The notes under the pieces are model-generated. The model made no database searches. It saw only the letters and a list, made by a program, of their open reading frames with translations, and was not told the origin of the DNA. A stretch of DNA of 64,000 nt from Bdellovibrionota bacterium (GTDB lineage Bacteria; Bdellovibrionota_C; UBA2361; CAKMMH01), in the NCBI GenBank assembly GCA_050952645.1, contig JBMNLI010000017.1, forward strand, positions 339,526 to 403,525, read 5' to 3'. The number at the start of each line of letters is the position of its first letter. The first letter of the stretch is position 1. Below are positions 40,802-52,822 of the stretch, one piece after another. A program made the position numbers and the translations under genes.

Positions 40802-41797
40802 TTAATTTTCGATAGACGCTTTTACTCTTTTTAGTCCCTCATTGATGCTTACTTTAGGTTTATAGCCTAAATCTTTTTTCGTGTTAGTAATATCAAAGTA
40901 GTGATGAGTAGTCATCTCAACTATTAAAAATCTTGTAAATAATGGTTTAGAAGATGGAATTATTTTTGAAAATATCTCTAAAACGCTCGCTACACTTAAA
41001 GCTAATTTCTTAGAAACTTTTTTAGTGATAGGCTTTTCCCCGAAAGTAGCTAAAATCTTATTTACAAAATCCCAAAGTTTTATAGGCTCATCTTGAGTTA
41101 CGAAATAAATATTAGAACTTAAATTTTCGTTTTTCTCTAAAGCCTCAAGTGCTAATATATGAGCATCTACGCAATCATCTATATAAGAACAATCTACAAT
41201 ATTTTCTCCATCGCCAACTTTCCTAACTTTTCCGCCTCTAGCCTTTTTTAAAATTGTAGGAATAAGGTTAGTGTCCCCAGGCCCCCAAATTAAGTGGGGT
41301 CTAAGCACTATGGTAAGAGGTGATTTTTCCTTTCCTACGCTAACGATAAGCTTTTCCGCCTCAGCTTTAGTTTGTGGATAATACGCATCGTATTTGTTGG
41401 GATACGGATAATCTTCCTTAACGTTTTCTAGCCCCTCATCGGTAGTTATTACGGATGGAGAACTAGTGTAAATTAAGTATTTAATATTATGCTCTTTGCA
41501 AGCCTTGATAATATTTTTAGTTCCTAAAATGTTAGTCTTATAAAAATCGTTATATCGTCCCCACATATCAACCTTTGAAGCTACATGAAAAACCGCATAA
41601 ACATCTAAGAAAAAATCTTTTATCTTTTCGTATTCATCACCAATATTGCCCTGACAAGAAATAACGCCTAACTTTTCTAACTCTTCATAACGTTTCCTAG
41701 AAAGAGAACGAACCTCATAGCCTTTCTTTAAAAGCTCTTTAACTAAAGCCTTTCCTACGAACCCTCCGCCACCAGTTACTAAAATAGTTTTTTTCAT
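40802..41797 (-). CDS. NAD-dependent epimerase / 3-beta-HSD-like SDR
   Basis: TGGGGFVG, YPQTKAEAE and LRPHLIWGPGD. Confidence 0.9.
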   Translation of the reverse strand: MKKTILVTGGGGFVGKALVKELLKKGYEVRSLSRKRYEELEKLGVISCQGNIGDEYEKIKDFFLDVYAVFHVASKVDMWGRYNDFYKTNILGTKNIIKACKEHNIKYLIYTSSPSVITTDEGLENVKEDYPYPNKYDAYYPQTKAEAEKLIVSVGKEKSPLTIVLRPHLIWGPGDTNLIPTILKKARGGKVRKVGDGENIVDCSYIDDCVDAHILALEALEKNENLSSNIYFVTQDEPIKLWDFVNKILATFGEKPITKKVSKKLALSVASVLEIFSKIIPSSKPLFTRFLIVEMTTHHYFDITNTKKDLGYKPKVSINEGLKRVKASIEN

Positions 41798-41865
41798 AAA
41801 TTATTTCTCCTTGATTTAGTATTTAGCCTAAATTTAGCTAGTTCTTCGTTGTTTATTGTTTATTG

Positions 41866-42098
41866 TTTATTATTCTATTATTTATTGTTCTATTATTTAT
41901 TATTCTATTATTTATTATTCTATTACTTATTATTCTATTATTTATTTTCTATTACTTATCTTTTATTTTACATTTTATTTCCCATTTTTTGTAGAGGATG
42001 TTTTCTTAGTTGATGTTTTAGTAGCTGATGCTTTAGTAGCTGATGTTTTAGTAGCTGATGCTTTAGTAGCTGATGTTTTAGTAGCTGATGCTTTAGTA
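41866..42098. repeat. Two adjacent 15-bp tandem arrays (TTTATTATTCTATTA, intergenic; TTAGTAGCTGATGYT, coding SATKA/SATKT)
   Basis: Directly visible in the sequence. Confidence 0.85.
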
Positions 42099-43042
42099 GA
42101 GGAGATTGTAGAATTTCCCCAATACAAAACGCCGCCTACTAAGCCTAGGATATAACCTTTTAATCTTAAAATCAAAGCTACCGCTAGTGCTTGTTCTTTA
42201 GTAGCACCTACAGCCATTAAAAAAAACGTAAAAGCACCCTCTTGCACTCCTAATCCATTTGGCGATATAGGAATACAGCTTATTAAAAATATCAGGGGAA
42301 GCACTATAAATAAACTAAACAAAGGGAGGTCTTCCCAGCCTATAGCATAACCTGCTACCGCAGTGTTTAAAACTGTTATACAGTGAAACACGATAGATAA
42401 AAATAGCGTCTGAAAGATAAGCTTTTTATCATCCTTAAAAACTAGTAGCGATTCTTGAATCTTTTGAAAATGTGGTAAAAATTTTTCTGAATAAGGTAAA
42501 AAAGAAAACTTTTTTAATAATTTTTCTGAAAGAGATAGTATAGTAATAATAATGCTAGCAAAAAATAGAATTGCTACGACCGTTTTAGTTCTAATCGGAA
42601 TATAGTCTACAAAAAACATAAAAATAAAACTTAGGAACAACATTGCAAAAAAACCCGTGTATCTTTCTAAAAATGTTGCGGTCAAGGCTTTGTGTTGTCC
42701 TATTTTTTTGCCTATCGTTATGCTTCTTGCTAAATCTCCACCTAGGAAAGAGGGGAGAAATAAGTTTACGAAATATCCTATAAAATATAATGAGAATAAT
42801 TTTAAAAGAGGAATTTTTTCACCAAGCTTTTCTATTAAAATTTGCCATTTTATAGTGCTAATAAGAATAAGGACAAAGGAGATAGCGAGAAGTAAGATAA
42901 TGTAAAACAAAGATAAATTTTTGAAAGTTTCTATAAGTTTATCTAATTTAACACAGTATATTAAGCCTATAAGGAGCAAAAGCCCGACAGCCGTTTTTAT
43001 AATCTTTAAAAGATATTTATTCATAGTCGTGTAGTTTAGCAA
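41975..43042 (-). CDS. Lysylphosphatidylglycerol synthase TM / flippase-like (UPF0104) protein
   Basis: NLFLPSFLGGD and IPISPNGLGVQE; multiple TMs. Confidence 0.85.
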   Translation of the reverse strand: MLNYTTMNKYLLKIIKTAVGLLLLIGLIYCVKLDKLIETFKNLSLFYIILLLAISFVLILISTIKWQILIEKLGEKIPLLKLFSLYFIGYFVNLFLPSFLGGDLARSITIGKKIGQHKALTATFLERYTGFFAMLFLSFIFMFFVDYIPIRTKTVVAILFFASIIITILSLSEKLLKKFSFLPYSEKFLPHFQKIQESLLVFKDDKKLIFQTLFLSIVFHCITVLNTAVAGYAIGWEDLPLFSLFIVLPLIFLISCIPISPNGLGVQEGAFTFFLMAVGATKEQALAVALILRLKGYILGLVGGVLYWGNSTISSTKASATKTSATKASATKTSATKASATKTSTKKTSSTKNGK

Positions 43043-43314
43043 AAAGCTTAATTTAGTGCTAGATTAAAGATTTTTACTTGCCGAAAATATTTTTTAGAGT
43101 ATATAATAAAAAAGTTCTATATTTAGGTTGTGTAAGGAATATTTTTATAGTTTTTATAGATTTTATTTTTTTATTTTTAATTTAATTTTTATTGATTATA
43201 TTTTATTGATTATAGTAGCTTATACAAAATAATTATTAGCTTATCTTAGAAAAAAAATTTAAAAAGAATTTTAACGGAACTTTTTTTTTAAAAAATTTAA
43301 GCAAAGTATGTTTT

Positions 43315-44779
43315 ATGCAAAAAATTTTTAGTATTGATTTTAGTAACATTCCCGTAGTTTTTAGTTTAAAACGCCGTATCAAATAAAGATATTACAGTTT
43401 TAGCTAGTGATAGCCTAAATATCGATAAGACGATATTTTACGATACATTATTGCAAGATAAATTAGATGAAGAAATTGAAAGTAGTCTTGTAGAAAAGCT
43501 TTCATTATTTATAGAAAAAACTAATGCGCATAATGAAAATACTATAGTTATAGTTCCACCAATAGAGCAGATATCGATAAATTTAGACTTGCCTTTTTCT
43601 GCACCACCAAAACATTTAGATAAAATTATAAAAAATGAAGTTCAGGATATGATGCCTCTTTCTAGTGAAGAGTTGCACGTTCAATACCAATTTTTAAAGA
43701 AAACTAAAAGCATAGGAAGCTTGCCCGTGCATGTAAGCCTTTTATCGGAAAATATATTTAAAAATATATTAAACGTGTTAAAAAAAGTAGGGATAGATCC
43801 TTTTGTTTTTACTACTCCTGCTGCAGTGTTAGGCGTTGTAAACCATTTAGCGAAAGATTTCTTCAAGGTAGACTCCGCAATCGTAGAAAAGTGGGGAGAT
43901 TTTATTCACATTCTATATATTCAAGATGGCGTGCAAGTGCATGAGCGAAGTTTGCCTACTGTGCTAAATAATCAACCCGTAGCACCTGAAAATTTAATAT
44001 CACAATTAAGAATAGTGCTTCGAGCGTTTGAAAAAGATATAGATGGAAAGATAGAGTTCGTGTATTATGGGAAAAATATCGATGCACAGATAGCAAAAGG
44101 CATAGGCAAAGAATCGGAACTATTAGATATCGGGCAATTTATAAATTGTGATAATGAAAACAAAAAAGAAAGATTAATATTTTCAGCATTATCGTCTTTC
44201 TTAGTTCAAGATGCGATGCCGTTTACTTTATCAAATTTTAGAATGGGAAAATTTGATTGCACCGTTTCGCCTAAAGAAGTATTTAAAATTTTAAAAAAAC
44301 TTTTGCCTATAACTATAGTTTTTATATTATGTATTTTTGTAGGAATAATATCGTCTTATTTTATTAGGGAAGCAAGAATTAAACAGATATATACAGGCAT
44401 AAGGGAAGCTACTAAAGATAAAGTGGCGATTAGTGAAAATGGGGATTTAGAAGATATAGTAGCAGAACTTAAAAGGGCAAGAAATGCGCTAGAGGCAGAT
44501 TTGTCGCAAATAGCTTCTAGTTATACCGTATCGCCATCTAAAATTATAGAAATATTATCTCTAGACCTTTCTACCATTAATGGTTTAGAGCTTAATAGTT
44601 TCGATTTTAAAGCTAACAATGTTAAAATTTTTGGAACGGTTCCAAGTTATAGTGATTTTGAAAAATTAGAAAAAATTTTATCGAGAAGAAGAAATATTTT
44701 TAAAGCAGTAAATGCCACGCAAAGTGCTGGTAGAGGAAAATTATTAAATTTTACGGTGACTATTAGTTTAGAAGATTAG
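43315..44779 (+). CDS. GspL/PilM-N-like secretion or pilus platform protein (frameshift near 43370)
   Basis: Actin-like N-terminal part (LDLPF...EVQDMMP), single TM, PilN-like C-terminus; ATG 43315 lies upstream in another frame. Confidence 0.7.
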
Positions 44780-44785
44780 TTTTAT

Positions 44786-45352
44786 ATGAATAAATTAAAA
44801 GTAAATGATAGTTTTAAAAATTATTATAATAAGCTAAGCCAAAGGGAAAGAAAGCTTTTCGTTTTAATGGTAGTAGTTTTTTTAGCTATCGGAATAAAAT
44901 TGCTTATACCTAAAGTAGGAGAAATAGTTAGTGTATTTTCCGAGCAAAGTGAAAGATTAAAAAAGGCCAATAGGGATATAGAAGATTCTCAAAGAACCGT
45001 TCATAAGTACTTAGTGCTTAAAATGAAGCAAAAAGAGATTGAAAAAAAGTTTGAAAAAAACGAGATAAAAGAAGGGCATTTAAGTTATGTAGACTCCTTA
45101 AAGTCGCAAGATATGTTTGATTTTGCGATAGGAACGCAACAAGAAAAAGAGTTTGGAAAAGATTTTAATCAAGTTTCATTTAAGATAAATTTTAAGGCTA
45201 CATCTTTAGCTACCATAATGAATTTTATAAAAAAATTAGAAAGTGAAGAAAGAAAATATTTAATTTCCGAACTTAGTATAAAAAAAGCGTATGGTAATTT
45301 TACGGTTGTAATAGAGGTAAATAGTATTGAAAGAAAAGTAAATAAAGTATGA
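44786..45352 (+). CDS. GspM/PilO-like protein
   Basis: LSQRERKL followed by a TM; IMNFIKKLES ferredoxin-like C-terminus. Confidence 0.7.
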   Translation: MNKLKVNDSFKNYYNKLSQRERKLFVLMVVVFLAIGIKLLIPKVGEIVSVFSEQSERLKKANRDIEDSQRTVHKYLVLKMKQKEIEKKFEKNEIKEGHLSYVDSLKSQDMFDFAIGTQQEKEFGKDFNQVSFKINFKATSLATIMNFIKKLESEERKYLISELSIKKAYGNFTVVIEVNSIERKVNKV

Positions 45353-46008
45353 GTTGGCTAATAGTTATTTTACTAATAACATTTACGGTAATTTTAGTTT
45401 TTCTTACTCAAGTTCTCTTTAAAAAAATTTTTAGTGGTTCGATAGAAAAAGAAAATAGTGAATTAATAGAAAAATCAAAAGAATCTGTAAAAGAACTAAA
45501 AGAGGCTTTAGAGAAAAAAGGCGAACAAGTATCTAAATTGCAACTCCACACGGTCTCTATTCAATGCGATGAGACGGAAGCGCAAATAAAAGATGAAAAA
45601 GCAAAGTTAGAAACTGTCGATAAAGAGCTTGGTGTCGTAAAAAAACGTATGGACGAAAAAGAGATTTTACAACAAGAGCTAAAAACGAGCAAAGAAGAAG
45701 ATGAAAAGGAGCTTCAAGCATCGATAGATAATTATGAGAAAAATTCAAAAGATTCAAGAGAGTTAGAAAAGGTTTTAGCAGAGCAAATGAAAGTGCTCGA
45801 TGAATATTCAAAAGATCAAAATATAGAAAATATTCATAGAGATTTTTTTAATGCTTTAAATGAAACGTTAGAAGAGTCTGGGGGGAACTTAAGAAATGTG
45901 ATTACAGAGTATGAACAGATGATGGAAAGGATTATAGCCTTAAAACAACAATTATCAGATTTAGAGGTAGAGTATACTAATTTAGTAGAAGGGAAACTAA
46001 GAGAATAA
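45349..46008 (+). CDS. Membrane-anchored coiled-coil protein
   Basis: N-terminal TM and heptad-rich E/K/Q sequence. Confidence 0.7.
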   Translation: MSWLIVILLITFTVILVFLTQVLFKKIFSGSIEKENSELIEKSKESVKELKEALEKKGEQVSKLQLHTVSIQCDETEAQIKDEKAKLETVDKELGVVKKRMDEKEILQQELKTSKEEDEKELQASIDNYEKNSKDSRELEKVLAEQMKVLDEYSKDQNIENIHRDFFNALNETLEESGGNLRNVITEYEQMMERIIALKQQLSDLEVEYTNLVEGKLRE

Positions 46009-46307
46009 ACTTTTTTCTTATAAGCTTTAGAAAGCCTGTTCTTTAAATTTTAAAATTCCTTGCATTTTCACGTAGTTTGCTGTATCGTAAGAAGCTTACG
46101 ATGGATTTTTTGATTAGCGTAGCTTTTTGTTATATATTCTATAGTGTTGTATTCAAAATTTCACAATTATTAATATTAAATTAAGATAAGATGTTTTAGG
46201 TAAGGCGTAAAAATATTTTTGTGTATAAATATTTTTTCGTATAAGATATTTTTTGTGTTTGTGCCACAAATTGTATAAATATATTTTGCTAAGGAGAGCC
46301 GCAAAAA

Positions 46308-46604
46308 ATGAGTAAAGATTCAAATATGCAAAAAAAATTAACTGATTCACATATAAAGCAAATAAATCTTTTAAAGGCTATGTCGAAAGATGTCGTTGAG
46401 AGTGGTAAGGAAAGTAGAAAGTATGAGATAGAAGAAATAAATGCTATTTGTGGTTTAAATGATGAGAGAGAAACTCAAAGATATCTTTTTATTCTAGAAG
46501 GCCAAAAATTAGTTTCTCCATCTCCTGAAGGAGATTTCACCTCGACAACTTGGTATGTAACTAAAAGAGGGTTAGATGCCGTAAAATTAGTTTCTAATAT
46601 GTAG
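46308..46604 (+). CDS. Small winged-helix-like hypothetical protein
   Basis: AAGGAG SD; YLFILEGQKLV...WYVTKRG wHTH pattern. Confidence 0.6.
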   Translation: MSKDSNMQKKLTDSHIKQINLLKAMSKDVVESGKESRKYEIEEINAICGLNDERETQRYLFILEGQKLVSPSPEGDFTSTTWYVTKRGLDAVKLVSNM

Positions 46605-46771
46605 TTTATAAAAATAAAAATTTTTCTCTTTAGATTCAAAGAGTGAGCTATTTTTTTAAGGGCTAGTCTAGTCTAGTATGGTAGATTGTACCCGAGAAAA
46701 TTTTTTGCTTAAAAGCCTTTAAAAATTTTCTCTTTTATAGTAAACTAACCAAAGTCATTTATAAACCTTAA

Positions 46772-46845
46772 GCACTTGTAGCTCAGTAGGATAGAGCATC
46801 TGACTTCTAATCAGAGGGTCGCAGGTTCGACTCCTGCCAAGTGTA
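46772..46845 (+). tRNA. tRNA-Arg(UCU), CCA not encoded
   Basis: GCACTTG/CAAGTGT acceptor stem, TCTGA-CT-TCT-AA-TCAGA anticodon arm, GGTTCGACTCC T-arm. Confidence 0.95.
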
Positions 46846-46931
46846 TTTTTTTTATTTTTACTTTATTTATTTTTGCGTATTGTTGGTAGTTATTGTTGAT
46901 AGTTATTAAGGGTAGTTTTTTAGCCTTTTTT

Positions 46932-47168
46932 TTAAGCGAATATATCTAAAATACATCGATGCATTTTCTCTTCTATCTTTATAAGTTTTGCGTTAGCTTT
47001 TATTTGAAGTTCACAATCTTTTAATCCTATAATATCATTTACTAGCGCATCATCGCTAACATTAGATAATTTTGAAATATTTTGAGCATAATTAAGAGCT
47101 TTTTCTAGAGTTTTGCTAGTAGAGTTTACAGCAATAGACGAAATGCGATTCGTAGCAAAATTTACCAT
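46932..47168 (-). CDS. Small protein resembling the flagellar rod/hook C-terminal motif
   Basis: ALVNDIIGL..ELQIKANAKLIKIEEKM...ILDIFA compared with the DL..E.V.L......ANAKVI.T.DEM...LLDI.A pattern. Confidence 0.55.
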   Translation of the reverse strand: MVNFATNRISSIAVNSTSKTLEKALNYAQNISKLSNVSDDALVNDIIGLKDCELQIKANAKLIKIEEKMHRCILDIFA

Positions 47169-47200
47169 AAAGAGATTATCGGGTAATTTATAGAAATTCT

Positions 47201-48427
47201 TTAGATATTTTCTAGTCTTTTGCTAGCTTCTATCGTATTTTCTCTACTAGCAAAAGAGGTAAATCTAAAAAAATGTTCACCAGATTTTCCAAAGCCACTT
47301 CCTGGAGTTCCTACAACGCAAAAATTGCTTAACATATAATCGAAAAAATCCCATGAGGACATACCATCTATAGTTTTTACCCATAAGTAAGGGGAGTTTT
47401 CACCTCCATAAACCGTTAAATTAGCTTTAGTTAAAGCTTCCTTTATAATTTTTGCATTTTCAAGATAGTAGTTTATAGTGGCTTTTATCTCCTTTTGGCC
47501 ATCTTTTGAATATATAGCCTCTGCGCCTCTTTGAGTAATATAAGATACGCCGTTAAACTTAGTTGCTTGGCGTCTATACCATAGTCTATTTACGCTTACT
47601 TTGCTATTTGAAACTTTATCAAATATGGTGATTTCATTTGGAATAACGGTATATGCACATCGAACGCCTGTAAATCCTGCAGTTTTAGAGAAGCTCTTAA
47701 ATTCTATGGCAACTTTCTTAGCATTTTCTATTTCATAAATACTATGTGGAATATCATCCTTGGTAATAAAAGCCTCGTATGCAGCATCAAATAAGATAAT
47801 GCAATTATTTTCTATTGCGTAATCGACAAACTTTTTTAGCTCCGCTTTATTTAAGCACATACCAGTCGGATTATTTGGAAAACATAAGTAGATTAAATCT
47901 ACTTTTTCTTTTGGGAGATTAGGTATAAAGGAATTTTCTTCTAAGCATTCTAAATATACTATATTAGACCATCTGCCGCCTTTAAACTCGTTAGCTCTTC
48001 CAGCCATAACGTTGCTATCTACATATACGGGATACACAGGGTCTAGAACCGCTATTTTTAAATCTTTCGAGAAAAGTTCTTGAATATTTGCAGTATCCGA
48101 TTTTGCACCGTCTGAAACGAACACTTCTTTGCTAGTTATATCGATGCCACGATTTTTGTAATCGTAATTTACTATTTTTTCAATAAGAAAATCATATCCT
48201 TCGTATTCAGGGTAGCCTTTGAAAGTGCTTTCATCTGCCATATCGTCTACGGCTTTATGCATCGCAGTTATGCAAGACTTGCAAAGAGGCATCGTTACGT
48301 CTCCAATGCCTAAGCTTATAACATTTTTTTGAGGGTTTGCTTTTTTAAAAGCTTTTACCTTGTCTGCGATTTGAGCAAAAAGATAATTAGATTGCAACAT
48401 TGTGTGATTTTCATTTGCTAGTAACAT
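47201..48427 (-). CDS. dapL: LL-diaminopimelate aminotransferase
   Basis: SLGIGDVT, FVSDGAKSD, CFPNNPTG and SFSKTAGFTGVRC. Confidence 0.95.
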   Translation of the reverse strand: MLLANENHTMLQSNYLFAQIADKVKAFKKANPQKNVISLGIGDVTMPLCKSCITAMHKAVDDMADESTFKGYPEYEGYDFLIEKIVNYDYKNRGIDITSKEVFVSDGAKSDTANIQELFSKDLKIAVLDPVYPVYVDSNVMAGRANEFKGGRWSNIVYLECLEENSFIPNLPKEKVDLIYLCFPNNPTGMCLNKAELKKFVDYAIENNCIILFDAAYEAFITKDDIPHSIYEIENAKKVAIEFKSFSKTAGFTGVRCAYTVIPNEITIFDKVSNSKVSVNRLWYRRQATKFNGVSYITQRGAEAIYSKDGQKEIKATINYYLENAKIIKEALTKANLTVYGGENSPYLWVKTIDGMSSWDFFDYMLSNFCVVGTPGSGFGKSGEHFFRFTSFASRENTIEASKRLENI

Positions 48428-48511
48428 AAACTTTTTCTCCTTTTATACGGTTATAACTAATAACTATTAGCTAAATATTAAGCAATAAACTTTAAGAGGG
48501 AGAGCAATGAG

Positions 48512-49366
48512 TTAGAGTGCTACGCTAATTTGCCCATCAAAAACTTTTGTAGCACTTCCAGTTAAAAATACACGGTTAGTTTCTTTATCCCATTTTATAC
48601 TTAACATGCCGCCTTTTAAATATATAAATGCTTCAGATTTACATAGTCCGTTTATATGTGCCGCAACTAGTGAGGCACAAGCGCCAGTGCCACAAGCGAG
48701 AGTTTCCCCAGAGCCTCGCTCCCATACTCTCATTTTTAAATTTTTTTTATCTAAAATTTGTACAAATTCGACGTTAGTTTTCTCTCTGAAAAGTTTAGTG
48801 TTATTTTCTATCGCTTCTCCTATTTCTTTAACTTTAAAATTATCAACGTTATTTACGAATATTACGGCGTGAGGATTTCCAAAAGAAACTGCCGTAATGT
48901 TAAAGGTGTGATTTTTTACTCTTACTTTTTCATTTATAAATTCTTTATCTTTAGTTGAAACAGGGATTTTTTCAGCATCTAAGATAGGCTCTCCCATATC
49001 AACGGTAGCTTCGGCGACTAAATTATTATCGTTTACATTTACCGTTATCGTTTTTATTCCAGCTAATGTTTCGATCGTTATTTCTTTTTTATTAGTTAAT
49101 CTATTGTCGTAAACGTATTTAGCTACGCATCTTATACCGTTTCCGCACATTTGTGCTTCGCTTCCGTCTTTATTAAACATCGACATTTTAAAGTCTGCTT
49201 TTTTCGATTTTTTTATTAAAATTAGACCGTCGCTTCCTACGCCAAAATGTCTATCGCTTATTTTTATTGCGAGTTTATTAGGTTCTAAAATGTTTTCGCT
49301 AATATCGTTAATATAAACGTAATCGTTGCCTAGCCCATGCATTTTAGTAAAGTTGATAACTTTCAT
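48512..49366 (-). CDS. dapF: Diaminopimelate epimerase
   Basis: KMHGLGNDY, MCGNGIRC and ERGSGETLACGTGAC. Confidence 0.97.
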   Translation of the reverse strand: MKVINFTKMHGLGNDYVYINDISENILEPNKLAIKISDRHFGVGSDGLILIKKSKKADFKMSMFNKDGSEAQMCGNGIRCVAKYVYDNRLTNKKEITIETLAGIKTITVNVNDNNLVAEATVDMGEPILDAEKIPVSTKDKEFINEKVRVKNHTFNITAVSFGNPHAVIFVNNVDNFKVKEIGEAIENNTKLFREKTNVEFVQILDKKNLKMRVWERGSGETLACGTGACASLVAAHINGLCKSEAFIYLKGGMLSIKWDKETNRVFLTGSATKVFDGQISVAL

Positions 49367-49540
49367 TTTCTAGCCTTTAAATAATTTACTTTTATGTAAT
49401 TAGTTTATAATAAATAAAAAATATTTATATAGGTAATTTTTAAATTTACTTTTTTTAAAAAAGATAAGATTTGTTTTATAGATAAGATTTATTTTAAAGA
49501 ATGTATTTCTGATTGTTTTTTAGGGTATTAGAAAGAAATT

Positions 49541-49996
49541 AGTTCTTCACGTTTTAAGTGGGTTTTAGACCTTAAAATTAGTATCACTCACCTCGTGCAA
49601 CTAAATTCCATTAAGGATGTATATATATTTTTACAACTCTTAAAAGTGCTTCTAAGAAATTGCTAAAAAATTTATAACTTTTCCTAACCATACGAAAAAT
49701 AACTCTTTTTATATGGAAATATTTCCTGTTTATATATATTTTTTTATAAATTTTAGGCTATGACTTTAAGCTATAACGAATTATATTTATAAGCCTAAAA
49801 AAATTACTTATGTTTAAGTTAATATTAAAGTTAGTATTTAACTTTAATCGTGGGGGGGCGATTATTTATATTTTATTGTTATATTTATATATTTTTGTTA
49901 AACTTACAGAGTTAATTTTAGTTTTTCACTAAACCTAATATTTTTTAAGCTAAAACTTAAAGCAAAAATTTTCTTTACCATTTTAAAACGTGAAAA
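49541..49996. mobile_element. Degenerate MITE family A copy or copies
   Basis: 49544-49595 nearly identical to 56091-56142; TIR-like AAAACGTGAA near 49985; 49840-49935 resembles the reverse complement of 303-421. Confidence 0.6.
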
Positions 49997-50044
49997 ATTA
50001 GTAAATTTAGACGACTGCAAATTTTTTAAGGTATTTTTAAAGAT

Positions 50045-52768
50045 ATGTCATTAGGAATTTTAAGATCGATATTTGGCACAAAAAACGATAGGATATTAAA
50101 ATCTTACGCACCACTAGTAGATAAAGTAAACTCATTAGAGCCAAAATATGAGGCGATGACGGAAGAAGAGTTAAGAAATCAAACTTTGCTTTTTAAAGAA
50201 AGATTAAAAGCAGGCGAAACATTAGATGATATCGAAGCCGAGGCTTTTGCAGTAGTAAGAGAAGCCTCAAAAAGAACTATCGGTCTTAGACATTTCGATG
50301 TGCAAATTATCGGTGGTGCAGTGCTTCATAGTGGCGCAATAGCCGAGATGAAAACTGGTGAGGGTAAAACCTTAGTAGCTACCCTTGCAGCATACCTTAA
50401 CGCCTTAGCTGAAAAAGGTGTCCATATAGTAACCGTTAACGATTATTTAGCTCGTCGTGATACTGAATGGATGGGAAGAATATATAAATTTCTAGGCTTG
50501 ACAGTTGGTTGCGTTTATAGCGGTATGCAGGAAGATGCAAAGCGTGAAGCTTATAAATGCGATATCACTTATGGACAAAATAACGAGTTCGGTTTCGATT
50601 ACTTAAGAGATAATATGAAATATAGTAAAAATGAACTCCTACAAAGAGGCCATTTTTACGCCATAGTCGACGAGGTGGACTCCATCTTAATAGATGAGGC
50701 TAGAACTCCACTAATTATTTCAGGCCCAGCAGAAGACTCAACGGAACTTTACGTTAAAATAAATAAAATTATCCCCCTATTAAATGGAGAAGAAGAAAAA
50801 GATTACAAAATAGACTTGCAATCTAAATCTCCAACACTTACAGAAGAGGGAATACGTCACGTTGAAGAACTTCTATCTATAGATAACTTATACGACCCTA
50901 ATAATATAGATATACTCCATCACGTCAACCAAGCTCTTAGGGCACATCTTACAATGAAACGAGATAGCGATTACGTCGTAAAAGATGGAGAGATTATAAT
51001 AGTAGATGAGTTTACAGGGCGCTTAATGCCAGGGCGTCGTTGGTCTAATGGTCTCCACCAAGCAATAGAGGCAAAAGAGGGAGTCCACGTTAGGCGAGAA
51101 AACCAAACTCTAGCAACGATCACTTTCCAAAATTTATTTCGTATGTATGAAAAATTAGCTGGAATGACTGGCACGGCAGATACGGAAGCTATGGAGTTTA
51201 AGGAAATTTATAAATTAAACGTTATAACGATCCCTACCAATAAACCGCTTATTCGTGATGACCAGAGTGATGTTATATTTAGAGCTAGAGATGAAAAATA
51301 TAATGCCGCAATAGATGATATCGAAGAAATTCATAAAACTGGGCAACCAATTTTAGTAGGAACTATAACTATCGAACAAAGTGAAATAGTTTCTAAAAAA
51401 TTAAAAGATAGAGGTATAGAACATAAAGTTTTAAACGCTAAACATCATGAAAAAGAAGCTGAAATAGTAGCCCAAGCAGGACGCTTAGGAGCAGTTACTA
51501 TTTCTACTAATATGGCAGGACGTGGAACGGACATTATGCTCGGAGGTAATCCAGAGTTTTTAGCAATGCAAGAAACTCGAATGAAAGATCAATCATCCCC
51601 TATATTTAAAGAAGCGTTGGAAAAATTTACTAAGATTTGTGAAAAAGAAAAAGAAGAAGTTATAAAAGTTGGTGGCTTGTTTATCATGGGAACCGAACGC
51701 CATGAGTCAAGAAGAATAGACAATCAACTAAGAGGACGTGCAGGTAGACAGGGAGACCCAGGGATAAGCAGATTTTATATCTCACTTTCAGACGACTTAA
51801 TGAAGCGTTTCGGTGGAGAAAAAATACAAACTATAATGCAAAGGCTAGGTTGGACTGAAGGGCTTGCGATGGATGGTAGAATTCTTAGTAAGCAAATAGA
51901 AACTACTCAACAAAAAGTAGAGAGAATACACTTCGATGCTAGAAAACACATTACCGAATATGATGATGTAATGAATAAGCAAAGACAAGTTATATATAAT
52001 TTGCGTTCTAAAATATTATTTAATGATGATATAAGAGAAGAAATATTTAGTATGATCGATGATTTAGTAGAAGATGCTATCTCATCAAGTCTAGATGATA
52101 TAAATAAAAAATCTCCAAATGTAGATTATAAAGCACTAAGCAAAAGATTAAAATTTTTATTTAATGAAGATATAAAGCTAGATGAAAATATAAACTTGCA
52201 AATGTTATTCGATGAAATAAGAAAAGAGGTAAAAGATTTATATTTGAAAAAAGCAGATGAAATAAATGAAAAATTTAAAAAGCTTGAGAATTTAAAAGCA
52301 TCGGATGGAAGTTTGCTAACGATAAGAATTTCAGAGGCTGAAGATAAAGAATTATCATTTGAAACCGTAGAACAAGATACTCTTTTAGAACTTTTAGATC
52401 ATTTCTGGAACCAACATCTCCAAGCTATGGATGATTTAAGAGAGGGTATAGGGCTTCGTGGTTATGGTCAATTAAACCCGCTTCACGAATATCAAAAAGA
52501 GGGATTTTTATTATTTAAAGATTTGATAAGTAGTTTAAAAGAGAATTTAATTAGAAGACTTTACATTTATGATGTGCCTGATGCTTCCATATTAGTAGCG
52601 GAAATGGAGGCAGAAAAAAGAAGAAGAGAAAAGATAGAAGAAGCAATGAAGTTAAGTAGGCAAGACAAAGAAAACGAAAGTGTTGAAGAAGAAGCCATTA
52701 ATCCCTTAAAACTTAGCAAAGCTAGAAGAGATGAGCTAAGAAAGAAAAGAAGAAAAAATAAAAAGTAA
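50045..52768 (+). CDS. secA: Preprotein translocase ATPase SecA
   Basis: [28 protein letters not shown] and [18 protein letters not shown]; no C-terminal SEC-C motif. Confidence 0.98.
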   Translation: MSLGILRSIFGTKNDRILKSYAPLVDKVNSLEPKYEAMTEEELRNQTLLFKERLKAGETLDDIEAEAFAVVREASKRTIGLRHFDVQIIGGAVLHSGAIAEMKTGEGKTLVATLAAYLNALAEKGVHIVTVNDYLARRDTEWMGRIYKFLGLTVGCVYSGMQEDAKREAYKCDITYGQNNEFGFDYLRDNMKYSKNELLQRGHFYAIVDEVDSILIDEARTPLIISGPAEDSTELYVKINKIIPLLNGEEEKDYKIDLQSKSPTLTEEGIRHVEELLSIDNLYDPNNIDILHHVNQALRAHLTMKRDSDYVVKDGEIIIVDEFTGRLMPGRRWSNGLHQAIEAKEGVHVRRENQTLATITFQNLFRMYEKLAGMTGTADTEAMEFKEIYKLNVITIPTNKPLIRDDQSDVIFRARDEKYNAAIDDIEEIHKTGQPILVGTITIEQSEIVSKKLKDRGIEHKVLNAKHHEKEAEIVAQAGRLGAVTISTNMAGRGTDIMLGGNPEFLAMQETRMKDQSSPIFKEALEKFTKICEKEKEEVIKVGGLFIMGTERHESRRIDNQLRGRAGRQGDPGISRFYISLSDDLMKRFGGEKIQTIMQRLGWTEGLAMDGRILSKQIETTQQKVERIHFDARKHITEYDDVMNKQRQVIYNLRSKILFNDDIREEIFSMIDDLVEDAISSSLDDINKKSPNVDYKALSKRLKFLFNEDIKLDENINLQMLFDEIRKEVKDLYLKKADEINEKFKKLENLKASDGSLLTIRISEAEDKELSFETVEQDTLLELLDHFWNQHLQAMDDLREGIGLRGYGQLNPLHEYQKEGFLLFKDLISSLKENLIRRLYIYDVPDASILVAEMEAEKRRREKIEEAMKLSRQDKENESVEEEAINPLKLSKARRDELRKKRRKNKK

Positions 52769-52822
52769 TGATTGATAATATAAATAATAAATTAAATAAT
52801 GAAAAATAATAGATGATAATAA

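Noticed and set aside
41856..42155. 99-aa plus-strand ORF
   Set aside because: It is an artefact of two 15-bp tandem arrays and is antisense to a real gene.
46659..46700. tRNA-like 5' fragment upstream of tRNA-Arg
   Set aside because: No anticodon arm or T-arm can be folded.
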